A DNA stretch of 64,000 bases. Source: Podarcis tiliguerta. Lineage: Eukaryota. Location of the stretch: NCBI GenBank assembly GCA_965153285.1, contig OZ229112.1; one strand, 5' to 3'. Shown piece after piece: positions 11,899-25,534 of the stretch (position 1 is its first letter; every line of letters starts with the position of its first letter). The notes beneath the pieces are model-generated. The model searched no databases. It saw only the letters and a list, made by a program, of their open reading frames with translations, and was not told the origin of the DNA. Both the position numbers and the translations under genes were made by a program.

Positions 11899-14438
11899 GT
11901 AACTGTTTGCGGGAAAGGGCATATGGCACAATTATGCAAGATGGGATTGCATTTACCATTTCTTGTGATAACAGGTTAATTGCCAAGTGCTTCCAGCATA
12001 TGTTAATTTTAATGCATGGGCTTGCATGAATTCAGCATTTCTCAAAACAGTGGAAGCCTGGAGGTTTTTATGCCTACAAAATACAATCCGTACATGTTGG
12101 GAAACATTTCATTTGGCAGAAAGGGAGAGACGAAATTTAACTAAGTTAAATTGTTGCTACAAATTGTTTAGCTTGATTTGTCAGTAAACATATCCAGAAA
12201 TGCTAATAAAGTGAAGATTCCAAATGGTTTGTATTCCTTTCTAATTGCAGCTTCATGATAGATGGTTGTTATGTCAATCAAGAGTATGTTACATTCGGGA
12301 TCCAGAGCCCTGTGCAGTGAGTGCCTATTGAAAGGACTGTGCACCGGAATCTTTTGTGGGCATAAACATTTGCCATTGGGAAAACTGATTTAAGTTAGAC
12401 ATAACTGGGACAACTACAATAAACATCAGCTGCTCAGAAAGATGGAACAATATAATTGTGCTCATCAGTTGCTCATTCATTTACTTTATTTTAGAGTCAA
12501 CACACTTAAAAGGAGTTCATATTTTAAATTTGTGTGTGCATATGCACTTAAAGATTTTGTATTAATTAGCTATCCTACATCAGCAAAAATAAGAAAAAGT
12601 GTACTCAAGAATTCACCTGGCAGGTCGTCTCAAATGTTACCCTAACCTGAATTCTGAGAGTAACTTCAATCAAATATTTAGCACTGTATTTTACAGTGAT
12701 CAGGCAGAATCATTAACATGGCTAAAAATGAATATATAAGTTTGTGTGCAGCCATAACTCAAAGCCCATAGAATCCCACAGTGAGCTGCACATGCCCACA
12801 ACCCCACCTCCACACCAGATGGCAACTTGGGGGTGATTTGAAACCTGGAGGAGTTTTTGAAACCTGGAGGAGTTTGTGAAGCACATGAGAAGCTGCTGAT
12901 TAAAAAGCACACAAATTCAAAAGTCCCATGGCCGCACCTAAAGGAGCTCTCTGGATTGTGGAGTGTTTCATAAGGGTGTTTCATAATGGCAATTTTGATA
13001 CAGCATGGACAGCGGTTTTGCCGTTATTTTCTGAAATTTCCATATAAATAGATACAGATAAAGAAAAATATATATGAATTCTAATGAACGCATGAGGGGT
13101 ACAATTTTGCAGTTGTACCATTTCAGAATATCCATGCCATCACATCTCACAAAATGCAAAGTAAAAGTAAAAAGTATTCACTACATACATATCCCATTAA
13201 TACTTTTGTTTGAGCCTAAATCTCTTAAGTCCAGCATCAGATTCAGTGAGCCACACTTGTTCATTTTCCACTATATTTCTATGGAATGAGATAGTTAGAA
13301 ACCATGCAAGTTGTCTGAATGTCATAGAGGACAAACGATGGCTCCCTTGGTGCTGCACCCCAAAGTCACCTTTGACTGGACTTAACTGTCCAGGGGTCAT
13401 TTACTTCCTTACCTATTACCATAGAGCAAAATTATCATTATCATAATAATAGCAGAAATGTTAGCATTTCTGTTTCTAACTATTATAGACAATTTACAAT
13501 CAAGACAAACAAAGATATATAAAAGGACTTAAGCTAAAGAAAGTAGCAGGATTATTTTTTTAACAGCTTAAAGGTTGTACTCTGCAAAAAAATAATAATC
13601 TGTCTGTTCTACCTATCTGAAACCAAGGTTCACTGGGGGCCAGGGCCTCCCTTGAGAGACTCACCAGATATTGGGTGCTACAGCTAGAAAGGCTTTGTCT
13701 TGCTACTGAACCACCATATTTCTGATGGTTGGGCAGGCTCAAATGGAGGAGACAATCCTTTAAAAAATCTAGTCCTAAACTAGATTCTGATTTAATTTTG
13801 GATCTAGACAATAGTGATCTGTAATTGATCTCCATCATAGCACTAAGGTAGAATATGTAGGTGCTGCGTTACATTGAGCATACCCTGTTGTTGTTTTTTA
13901 AAAAAACAATAATACTGTACAGCAGTAACATTTGGAATTGGTATGTGGCAGTTTGTATGCTTATTAATTTCTGGCTTTAACTACCATATCTTTAAAATAT
14001 TCTGACATTGCATTTAGCTGATATTTTAAAATAATCAGTGCACGCAGGTGTAATTTTGGGATTTTTACAAATCTCCCCTCAGAGTGAAAACTGATATTAA
14101 TAGTCATTACATTGTCAATAACATTTAAAAACAAATGCAGTCCCCGTTGAAGACTCATTCAAGCATAGATTCATAACTTGTGTGTGAGAATGTATGTGTA
14201 TGTTTTTGCTAAACACACCTGAACATTTCAAGGGGGTTTAAAAGCTGTGGAACTGTTTCCTCCTTTTTAACCACAAAGGGTGAGAATTTCATGCGTGAGG
14301 GATCTTCTTTCTGAAGCGAGGTATATTCTACCCTCATTAAGGAAGCCCGTGGGTTTTTTGTCGTACACGTGTTGACCTCGTTTTCTTCTCTCCCCCCCCC
14401 CTTTCTCCTTTACTGATTAAAGTTTTCCTATTTTGCAG

Positions 14439-14512
14439 ATGTCAGCATACTTCAATAAGTCAGGAGACCAAAGATTTATTTCAGAGAATGACACAGACAA
14501 CCTGGCTACACA
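14439..14512 (+). CDS. AHI1: AHI1 penultimate coding exon (MSAYFNKSGDQRFISENDTDNLAT)
   Basis: Long pyrimidine tract with ttttgcag acceptor, CA|gtaagc donor, 74 nt, phase 0 to 2, open frame. Confidence 0.82.
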
Positions 14513-15520
14513 GTAAGCAACCATTTGTGGAAAGCAGCCTGCTTTGTTTGTTCCATTGCTTAGAAGTAGTAAAAAAAAAAGCCAAAAAAAGTGGTGATTT
14601 TAATGTAACTCTAGAAACTAAATGGTTCAGAGAAGTTAAAGAAAATGTAAACAGTGGTTTGTATCACAATTGACAGTCATATTCCAAATGTCCTAAGAAA
14701 TTTATTGTGTCATTAATCCATGATGTTACTTTTCCTTTCTTTGGATGAATTACTCATAAAAGATTTGATCCACACATTCAACTGCTTTGTTAGATGCACT
14801 ATGTAGAAACCAGAATATGGGAGGCTACTGCTGGAATCAGCGCAAGATGCATTACAACAAAAGTTCATAAGTTTAGGCTAAAAGAATACTAGGCAGAACA
14901 GAGCCAATATTCAGGTCGTAGAAGGCTGAAGAAAACTACACAGGAGGGTAAGGAGATGGGAAAAGAGGAAAACTTGAGGGCAAGGACTCATTGAGCACTC
15001 AGTCACAATCCAGCATCCACTTACACTGGTAGTTTCTTTCCTGAAATACTGATTTCTTGCCCTCCACATTTTCCCCTAGTCCACTGCTAGTTAGTAATGC
15101 TGGGCAAACTAAGATATGCAGATCTTTGTAGTTATACTAACAAGGTTAAATTGCACTGTCTATAACTGACTAGGCTACTATGGGGTTTTACCAATCAGAG
15201 TTGCATCTGTGAATTCTTGATCTTTTCCTCTGAAAATATGAAAATTATTCTCTTAGCATCTCCCTACCTGGATTTCTTCTGAAAGATCAATCAACAAATT
15301 GTCAAAGGGTTAGTTTAAAGTGTTCACCCACTTTCAGCACACTTGTCTTGAGGATCATGTTTCCTTTAGACACAGTTTTAGTGTGTCCCAGCACCATGAG
15401 ATCAGCCTGCAGCAGCCTTAGAAGTGGAATCTAAAGGCTAGTGATTGGGAAGAAGCACAGTCTAAATAGTTTTAGTCTGACAAATTTCTAACACAGTCTT
15501 TTATTCTACTTTCCCCATAG

Positions 15521-15737
15521 GAGTGGAAAGAGGAAGACAAAGAAGAAAGGCATACAAATGGAGCAGGCGGAAGCCACAGAATGCAAGGCTAATGCAACTG
15601 ACAACTTTCCATCTAATGATGTTGAGGATGAACCTAAGAAAAGCATGGTGAAGAAGAGGAAGAAAAGAGCTGTCAAAACTGCAAGTTCAAGTGGAACTTC
15701 GAATGATGCTTTCCAGCTGGACTCTCCCAAAGCATAG
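15521..15737 (+). CDS. AHI1: AHI1 terminal coding exon (QSGKRKTKKK...VKKRKKR...SNDAFQLDSPKA*)
   Basis: ttccccatag acceptor; the phase-2 junction gives an open frame of 72 codons ending in TAG 15735-15737; followed by an AT-rich UTR with polyA signals. Confidence 0.8.
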
Positions 15738-16235
15738 TCTCTATTTTGTTTTTGGATGCTGATTTCATGGATAAAAAGTTGTATGGGAAAACATTCCACT
15801 GTTTATCGTGGAATGATGATGTCATGTTTATCATGGTGTGGTGAGCCCAAGGAGAAGAGCATGTACTGAATGTTCCACTGAAATGCATATGAGTTCAAGC
15901 AGCAAGTATGACTTCAGTATTTCATTTTTGCGAATAGAGAACACTTTGAAATATCTCAATATTTCTCAGTTGAAATATCTTCAATACTATTGAAATAATC
16001 AGTTTTTGTTGGGCCTATTCATGTCAAGATAAAGTGGTCCAAGAATAGTTTGTTTAAAATTTAAAAAAGCACTTTCATGGGTAAAGTCAAAAGAACTGTT
16101 TACTGAAGAATAGCCTTTGCAACCGTCTCACATACTGATGTGCATCTGCAAATGAGAGTGAATAATCATATGAGTAAATGCCAGCTACCATCACTACGGA
16201 ATGCAACAGATAGCTTTTTGTATGTTGATATTTAA

Positions 16236-16604
16236 AATAAAAGTTTTAATGTATATTATTAATGCACATTAATGTTAATAGTATTAAAACAATGCAATAG
16301 AAATACAATAAGTTTTGCAGAATTCTGTTTTTGTTACACTCAAAGCATTGCCAAATTCGTTTTCTACTTTGTTCTGAAAACCTGTTTTGCATCAATATGT
16401 GGGTGGGATATATTTTTGTGACATATTATGTTTATGCTCAGGTGTAACTGTTTTTAAATTAAAAGGCATTAAGTTGTGAAGGAATTATTCATGATGATTT
16501 CCGGTGACTTTATTTATGGTCCTCTTGTGTATGTTGACTGCGGATGTCCAGGTTATTTATACCATGTTAGGAAATTCTGCCCCCTTCCTTTCTGAGGCAA
16601 TAAA
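16236..16604 (+). terminator. AHI1: Candidate AHI1 polyadenylation signals (AATAAA 16236-16241, ATTAAA 16458-16463, AATAAA 16599-16604)
   Basis: Hexamers 0.5-0.9 kb after the stop; the ATTAAA is followed by a GT-rich tract at about 16500-16540; the site actually used cannot be determined from sequence. Confidence 0.55.
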
Positions 16605-16849
16605 TAACATAAAATTAGAAAACCCTTTTTTTAGTAGTCATGGCATTTGATTCCATTAAAAAGAAAGAAGTGAGAATAACCATGTTGACCACTGATGTGT
16701 AAAATAACATCCAGATGCAAAGGATTAAATACTATATACATATAGTATCCCTGCATATGTTTAGCAGACACAGAAACACATAAACATGTTTATCTGCATA
16801 AAACTCAGTTTCCTCCTTCAAAAAACTCTTGTAAAAATGTAGTTTGTAA

Positions 16850-17420
16850 AGGAGAACATTGCAGTAACCCAGGCTGGATGTAACTAGGTCAGGGGTACCA
16901 ATGTGGTGCCTTCCAGACAATATTGGAGTACAATTCCTGTCATCCTTGACAATTGGCTGTGGGAGTTTGAGTCCAGCAACATCTGGAGGGTGCCATGTTA
17001 GCTTTTCCATGTTGGTTATAAATAAGTGAGGCCAGATACAGTATACTCCCTCCAATTAGGATTTTAGTTTAGGAGTCAGCCAAAGGGTCAGAACATCTCT
17101 ATCCACATCAGCAGATTTATCAGCCAACAGCATCTGCATCTTGCCCAGATTACTTTTCAGTTTATTTGTCCTTATCTACACCATAAGTGCCACCAGACAC
17201 TGATTCAGGGTTTCCACAGCTTCCATAGAATCAGAGTATGGAAACAAGAGTTGTGTGTGATCGGAATACCAGTGACACTTTAGCATAAACTTCTGCATGA
17301 ATTTTCCCAGCTGTTTCGTTATAGGTATTGAAGTGCATGTGGGACAAGGTGAAACCCTCTGATACCCTGTAAACCAAATGCCATGGGATAGAGGACTAGT
17401 CCTCCACCTACAAGGAACAA
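16850..17420 (-). mobile_element. Degraded L2-clade LINE reverse transcriptase remnant interrupted by a hAT-like MITE (about 16890-17010)
   Basis: Minus-strand translations CHWYSDHTQL (degenerate CHQYADDTQL) and LVTSSLGYCN (degenerate LVTSRLDYCN); boundaries approximate. Confidence 0.7.
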
Positions 17421-20400
17421 CCCTCCACCACATTGGGGAACCAATGCCACCATAAAACAATACCTCCCAGCCCCACCTTAGGAAGGTTTTGATGGTACTG
17501 AATGCTCTTTAGGGGTCCACAAGTAACAATGGGATCACACACTCCACCTGTGTATCTCCCCAGTATAGATCATCTACTAGGGTGAGCAGGAGTTTTTTTC
17601 CAGTTTTAGAATCAGGTTGGAATATAGAGTGGAATGGATCTAGTTAACTGGTTCCATCCTGTTAATCTGTAGTTTAATACATGAAATTGAGATGCCACTG
17701 AATGCATATAAAATGTATTTCCTAGAATACCAGAATACTAGAAGGACGGGGGTGGGGGGGCTATCATTTGTTCAAGTCAAGTTTAGAGGACTGAAGTCAC
17801 AATAGCTTGTTCCCTTGTGATACCTAACACTTCGCATTTCAGACTCCTCTGCATGCTTAATATTCTAGCTCTCTGCTCTTTTAATATTCTAGAGCTGCTG
17901 GTGGTGATGTTCTCATTTCGTTTCTTTTTTTCCTTTACACAAAATCTCTCGTCATCTTCAGGTTTTGAAAGTAAATAGTCTAGCGTGACATCATGCTATG
18001 TATCTGAGAGAGCTGAGCAGTAGCCAAGATCTGGATGCTCGTTTGGAAGGCATTGTTAACTATTAATTTGACATTGTGGACACTGAAGACAGAAATAACA
18101 CTTCACATAAACACCATACTGATGTGGCTGTAATCAAAGGCACAGCGCCTCCTTTCATGCTAGCAAACTGGGACTCCAATTATGTTCACTGCTCTGAAGC
18201 TGAATAGAGCTGCTTTGCCACACTTTCCAAATTGAGAGTGGAGATGCAGCAGCAGTCTCTTCTAAGGCACTGTTCCAAATAACAATTAAGGAGAGAAATC
18301 AGATAAAAGGCCCAACATGAAGATTTATGGAGCTGAAAACATTCTCTTTAAAACAGTGTTGTTGCTATTGTCATTACAAACAAAAGCATAGGTTTTATTT
18401 GCATTCACCTTCCTTTCCACACATGGGAGTTTAAGTTTTCTACTGCTTTGCATTCTTAGGTGCAGAATTAATAGCTATCCGCCGTTCTTTGTTACACAAA
18501 GTACACAGATATGTATTCAACAAAATGGTGCACAAGTGATTTTCCTATGCCTAGCATTAATATCTCATCTCCCTTAATATGAATAAGTATCAGCACATTA
18601 CAAAACTATTTGCATCATTCTTCTTTTTGCAGAATTGTAACCAACAAACCATACAAAATTTTCTGTTACCTTTTCAGAGAGGATTTTCCCCAATAAAAAT
18701 TATATGTAGTAGAGGTGTCTTTTGTTCAGGGATGTGGAGAAATGTTCATTTATGGGTTTGAAAAAGTGTTCATTGGTGGAATGGGTTTCTCAGACGACAA
18801 CAGGGAATGTGTATGTGGTGAGAGTGGAATCAATTGAGCAGATTGATACTGGAACTGAATCTGAGAATCTCTTTGATCACAACTTTGCTTCTCCCCTCAC
18901 CTGTTGAAGCTTGAAGTACAAATGCCTGTCTGAATGTGATCTTGATCTGCACCCTGTAACATGTTGTGCAACCGCACACATACACATGTACATGCTAAAT
19001 TCTTAAGAACTGGGTCATTGTATTTTCTCAAACTCGGCTTCATCTTAATAGGTACCACTTCAGTTCTGCACAATTACTTAGCTGCCACTCAAAATCCTTC
19101 TCCCTCCACCCTTAATAGGAAGATCCACATATGTGGAAGACACATTTCTTAGCTGCCACCTCATATCCCATCTGGATCACATATAAGAAAATTGCTCTAT
19201 TTATTGGAAGCTCACTTGGATACTTTTATAAAATGGTTCTGTTTAAAGAAAAATGTTGTATTCCAAAGCAAATGCCTTTGTGTTGTTGTTTTAGTGCAGT
19301 TGCAAAGTTAATTGAAAAAAAATAACAATTTGGCATTGCATGATTTATTGGGCAAAACTTTCCAGGCTGGAGAGGGTTTCCTAAAAAGTCGCCATATAAC
19401 TCGTTAATTACAATAATTAATTCTGAAGCGAAGAAGGCTAAGCTATATGGGCACAACACCAGGAAGTTTAAAACATGAGTTCTATTGAAACAGTGGAGCT
19501 CTGGAAGAACCTGCCACAATCTTTTGTGCATTTAGGGGGTTTAGAGGCTGGGCATGATCTGTCGTTTTCTGTTCTCCTTTACTTTTATTAAGTTATAGCC
19601 CATCTTTTTTTGAAAATCAAAATAGCTTTTAAAGTCTGATCCTAGTTTAACATGTATAAATAGTTCAGCAAAGGCACAGTGAACAGCATACTGACAAACC
19701 ATTAAAAGGAAAAGAAGAAGATGACACAAGTTGCCCTTGCCAGCTCCCACAACCATCATGTTGCATTTGGGTTTTGCCTTAAAGTCTTTTAAGAAACAGA
19801 CATCACAAATCAGAGCAGTGTACTTGTAGCATCACTTAATTCAAAAGGCAAAAGGGGATCACAATCAAACAAGGGCTAATGAGAACACAGAGGAACATGA
19901 CAATTGAGAGTCTCCGTTGACTAGCGAACTAAGTCTGCCGGCTGGACCCAATTGTCTACCAAAGAATTGAATGTCAGGATCATTTAGGGTTAACAATGGT
20001 CCAACACAAGAAAAAGCAGACAGCTATGAAAAATAGCCGGCATGGTAGCCATTCTGCAGAGACCAGGGATACAAACTTGATAATGAGGCAGTGCATTCAC
20101 TGCATCCTTCTGCTCTAATTACTAAGGTGAATAGGAAATACTTAATTGAAGACGGGAAGAGGATAAAGAAGGGGGACAAAACACTTGTTTTGTAAACACA
20201 AATAGGAGAATATTATTTAAAGAAACCTTTTCTACTATATGTGAAATAGTAGCCACAACTCTGCAGTGACTGCAGCATACATTAGCAGGTGCCGTTTATG
20301 AAACACTTGCAGTGCAGTAAGTAACCAAATTCTTTTTGTAAAAGGGGAACTGTTCAGTAGGTGATGGTTTTTAAGTAAGCAGATATAATTCTGAAATCCT

Positions 20401-23400
20401 AATGTGTATTCTATGGAACTGTTTCTTTAAAAGAATAGCTTACCTCTAATCATAAATACACTTTCATCATTTAAAAAAATAAATGAAAGAATCAACATTG
20501 TACAGGCAAAAAAGTAGAATTTGTGTGTTAGAACAAAGATTGGCAAAACATGGATGGGTGCTGTGTCTTAAAGTATTTTGGTCAAAAAATATATATCAAA
20601 TATATTGGTCAAAAAATATATCATTTGGTAGCTCTGAAGCTCTAAAAAAAACTTTCATTTCTAGTTCATTATTTCATCTACAATGATTTGAAAATGATAA
20701 TTATAAAAGTTCCCCATCAATTCAAAGTTCCTTTGGGTTTCAGCTATTAAAGTATACATTTAGAAATGAACTATGTAACATGCTGAAAGTATGACTGAGA
20801 AACATCTATATAAGAAAGAGAGCTCACTCTGTTTTGAGGGATAAGCAGAAAAGTGACAAGAAACCAGAGCATGGTAGTTTGTGGGATAACTTTCTTTCAC
20901 AAGGAAGTGAAATTTTAACCTTGTCCTCTGCTTGAGGTAACCCATTTACTTTTCAACTCTTTCCCTTATTCTGAGGTAAATATGCTGCATTTCTTAACAT
21001 ACATATTGTGTATCTGGGTTCTTCTTTTGGCATTGTTATTACAAGATAATGTCAGACGCTAATAGGACTGGGCATTCCTCCTTTTGCTAAAGATTGATCA
21101 GGAATACTCAGTTTTGTGACTGCCATTCAGCTGCTACTGTTGTTATTTCAAGGACCTGCAGTTAAGTGGAGAAAACTTACTAAGAACACTTTTCCAGTGT
21201 ATGAAGAAAACACACTAAGCAGGGACTTGATCAAATGGCCTACATCAAATGACACCTGAGCAAATAATGTCATCACCATTTGTTCAAATTTTTAATAACT
21301 AATTTTATTGCATTTGTGGTACATTTCACAGGTCTGATCAGAACGGAGATGGAATACAACTTTAGGACACTACACTGCCTTGAGTCCAATGGAAGAAATT
21401 TGATATATGAATAAAATAAATTAATTATCTACTAACAGCCAACATCCCTATTAACTGCTCTCTGGGGGTTGCATCTGAGGCAATACAGACCTCCATATTA
21501 TTCTGAGATAACTGTCCTGTCCAAGACTACAACTCACCCTGTACTGATGGGAGTTTGAGTCCAGCAACATTTGGAGGGACACAGCAACGTCAGATTTAGA
21601 GTGGTACAGGCAGTCCCCCACCACCACCCACCCAGGGTATTAAGCTAAGGGGATGCAAAATTGAGAAGACCCATAACCTAAAAGATCCAGTGGGGTAGGG
21701 GATTTTGGCCTAACACAGGGCACCATATTACAAGAGTTTACCAAAGTTCACTCCTAACACATGTTCCCTATCCCTTTTGTAGGCCAAGGTTGTGGTTAGG
21801 AGTTAAAAGCAGAGCCATTGTGGAGGTGAAGGGAGCAATATCTGCGGCTCCAGATAGCTTTGGGAAATCTTGGTTGGATATACTGGCCTAGCTGAAAGAC
21901 CAGTCAGCTTTTGGAGATTTTCAAGCTCAAACTACAAAAAAAGAACAGATTATTTCTTAAGGTTCTTTTCTAATTTTATACCTGCTAACAACCTGTTTGT
22001 GCTATCAATGCAGGTTGCTACTTTTTATATTCTTTTTATTCTTTAAATAAAAATGCGTTGTTTTAGCATGTTGATAGTTGCTCTTTGCATAACACAGGTC
22101 AGCTGACCAGGGATATAAGGGTTAGCTGGTAACAGATGATGCAGGTGGTCTTAAAATATAAGGCGGGGGTAGAACTGCCCTCCCTAAATGACTGCTCCTG
22201 GCTAAAAGGCTGCAACCTTAGGGTAAATGGGAATGGAGGCAAACCCATTTAGCCTAGTGCCTGAGCAGGTTTTTAGTGTTCAGAGCCAACTGGCAAGGCT
22301 CACCGTTCACTAGACCCTCCTCTAAAGCAAAATCTGGCCTGGTACTCTGGCCTATCAATGCCAACTAGTCATGAGGCTTCATCCAGGACATGGGGCAGCA
22401 TGTCACTAAATAGCAATTGCTGAGAAACGAGAGCAGGAAAGGGCTATTGGCTTTGTGTCCTGCTTGTTCTGCTTTCTGGTGCGAATGTGCAAAACAAGAT
22501 GCTAGTCTCAATAGGCCTTTGGTCTGACCCAGAAAGACTCTCATCTTTTTATGGGCAGAGCCTCATTGCGGAGCCTCGCTGTCATTTTAACTTCCCAAAT
22601 GCACCCGAAGGAACAAGAGTGTAGGGTACTGTGGGGAATTTAATGGTGGCACCCAGCCACCCAGTACTCCTCAGGGCACTACTGCTTCCCAACATGACTG
22701 CCAGGTCAGGCCACCAGGTCCCACCAACAGAGGACAGTGAGCACCAGTGCTCACTTTGCCCAGGCCTTCATTGTGATAGCCTGTGGCACTCAGTTGGTTG
22801 CAGCTTTGTACCTCAAAGGAGTCATTTTCCTTCTTCCCTAGTCTAGCTGTATTTATGTGCTGTGAATACCCTCCTTGAGTGAGGAAAGTTAAAATACCAA
22901 CAACGGCAGTGTATTCAACTGAAGCAGCATTTTCACTGTCATTGTCTCGGGGGCTGGCCAATTCCCTTTTCATTTCCTTGATACCAATACTTTTCTTTAG
23001 CTTGCTAATGCTTCTTTTAATGGAACAATGTATCTTAACAGTAAAGAAATACATGAATGCATGAAAAAAGCAGACCAATTTTTAGTTACACTTCTATAGT
23101 TACACGGGTTGGAAGCGCAGAAAGCTAGCTGCAGCAGCTGTAAATTTTCTGAGAATTTATCTAACCACAAATACAATGAAATGGGGAAATGGGGCTATAT
23201 TAAACTGTGCAAGAGAAGCTGCTGGAACCCAGCCATTTCTGCAACATCCTGTAATTAATTTATTATGACAGGTCTGGCAAACTGAAACACCCAATTCACT
23301 TGCGACAGACTTGCGACGATATAGATATTTCAAACTCTGTAATAATCACATAAAGGGCAGGTACGTCTGACCAAATGTGGCACTCAGTGGCAAGGGCAAG

Positions 23401-25197
23401 ACTGTAAAATTAACTGAACAAGTTGCTTCTCCAAGATGGCTGCTACCAAGACACTTTTCTGCTGCCTGAAGCAGTGCCCAAATGGTACCTGCCCCCCAAC
23501 TTGGGCCAACACTTTTCCTATCCCTGCCTTCTATCCCTCCCTCACAGTGTTGCCTAAAGGAAGTCCCTTGGCCCTGCAGAATCCACAGGGCCTCCTCTGT
23601 CCTTCTGACCCTAGAAAAAAAGAAAGCCTATCTGATGAAGAGTGCATTCTTCTATCAAGGTGCATTTCAGTATGGATTGCACAATGCCCCAGTGTTTGTC
23701 ACCCTCAACTTCAAGTTATGTTATAATACCACATCATGTTATGTAAAGAAGATGAAGAGTTTCCATTATTTATCTGAACATCCAGAAATGCAGACAAATA
23801 ATATTCCTTCAGCTCAGCAGGATGAGGAAAATGAAACTGCATTTTTTTGAGGGTTTGAACACAAAACAAAAGAAGTAATTCGGCAACATCGTGAAAAACA
23901 TTAAACAAAATGGCTGTGCTTATGTCACAGCTGACATAGGAAGCCTATTGTGTTCAAAATCCTCTGTCACTCAAAAATGAGCCACGCGGTATATTCAGAT
24001 ACACATACAGAATTACTCTGCAATGTCAGCAGGGGGGTGGGTTATGTATACAATTTAAGAAATGTTTTCCCTATATTTGTTTGCAGTGTTTTGGATACGC
24101 CAATGGGAAACTAGAGCTTAAATCCATCATAGTTTACCTTGTAGTTCTTCACCTCTAGAGGCAGAATATGCCATTCTAAAGCCATTCCTAAAAACAGAGC
24201 AGCCCATGAAGTAGCATAGTTCAGGCTTTGATGATCAAATCTCTTTAAAATATGCCATAAATATAGAACAGGAGGAGCAAAACAAGGCATGGAGGTAGAG
24301 CGAGTAAGTTTTGTAAATGTCCAAACATTTTGTTTTGATTTCTCAATGCTCCCCATTTGTATCTATCTGCTTAGGGATTTGCAGAGGTAGCATGAGTCAC
24401 AACCAATGAAATGGTAGCAGAAAAGAAAGGTGCAATAATAATAACAATAAACACTTACTACCCATGTTTAAATATTTATCTTCATAGAGGTGGCAAGGTT
24501 CATTAGATCCCATAAGTACAAGGGCATTATATTGGTTGTCATGCATTTATTTAACCGGAAGACTTTCAGCCATTCATACAAACTGCTCTGCGTGCCGTCT
24601 AGAGAATTTTAATAGCAACAAAGAAAGAAACTTTAATTTTGTATTGGGTCTTATTGTTGTATGTGTGTAAGGAGTTACTCTAACCTGTCTTGTCACAACA
24701 CACAATTGTGCCTATGATGATTGTGAATGACATCAGCCTCTAAAAATGCTTTCTATAGCTGATTTATAGCAATGTGCATAAGCCTTTAATAGGCTTATGA
24801 AAGACGGGGAAGGGAAACAGGGGGTTAATCCTCATTATGGTTTAGTAATATGACATAATGAGAAAGTGACATTTGAAAAGTACACACAATGAAGAACAAA
24901 TGGATCAAGAGTGTGCCATGGGCACTAGAAGAGTCACTCCCAATCCTCTCTCGTTAGCAAGTACATGCTGAAGGCATCCCTCGTCATCTGCAGGATTTAA
25001 CTGGTGGCGGCTCAGTTTCTGGGCCAGTCTATACACAAGCTGCTGGTTCCTCTCTGTTCAGTCCCTCCTGTGCACATGGGTGCATGACGAAACCTCAGCG
25101 TGCATCAGGGTTTAGGCTCCTATAGCCCAAAGGCATACCAATCATCACAGTGGTCTTCTGATTTCCTGCAGCTTGTACTTGTGTAGAATCTGACTCA

Positions 25198-25534
25198 GGG
25201 CTTATCCACACTTAACCTTTGCTCCACTCTTTCCAGGCACGGTATGCAATTTAAAGAGCCATGTTCAAGCAGCTTTTTTTAAATTTTATTTTTTAGTTTG
25301 CTCCAGAGCTTTCCCCATGAAAACCCAGACTTTAAAGCTCAATCGGAGCACACATCAATCTGCAGACAACCTGAGTTAGTGTTTGCACCGATTTAACTTT
25401 AAAGTGTGGGTTTCCACTGGGAAATCTTGGGGCAAAAAAACACCCTCCCCCCATACTCTTGACACTGAACATAAGAGCATGGCCCTCTCCCTGCAAAGAG
25501 CAGGCTTTAAAGCTAAGTATGGCTAGCTAAGCCC
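25198..25534. mobile_element. Palindromic MITE, PIF/Harbinger-like
   Basis: Termini GGGCTTATCCACACTTA and TAAGTATGG..TAAGCCC, 3-bp flanks TCA/TTA, internal inverted arms about 25298-25352 versus 25380-25436. Confidence 0.6.

Noticed and set aside
15506-15799. Minus-strand 97-aa hydrophobic ORF
   Set aside because: Antisense shadow of the Lys-rich AHI1 terminal exon
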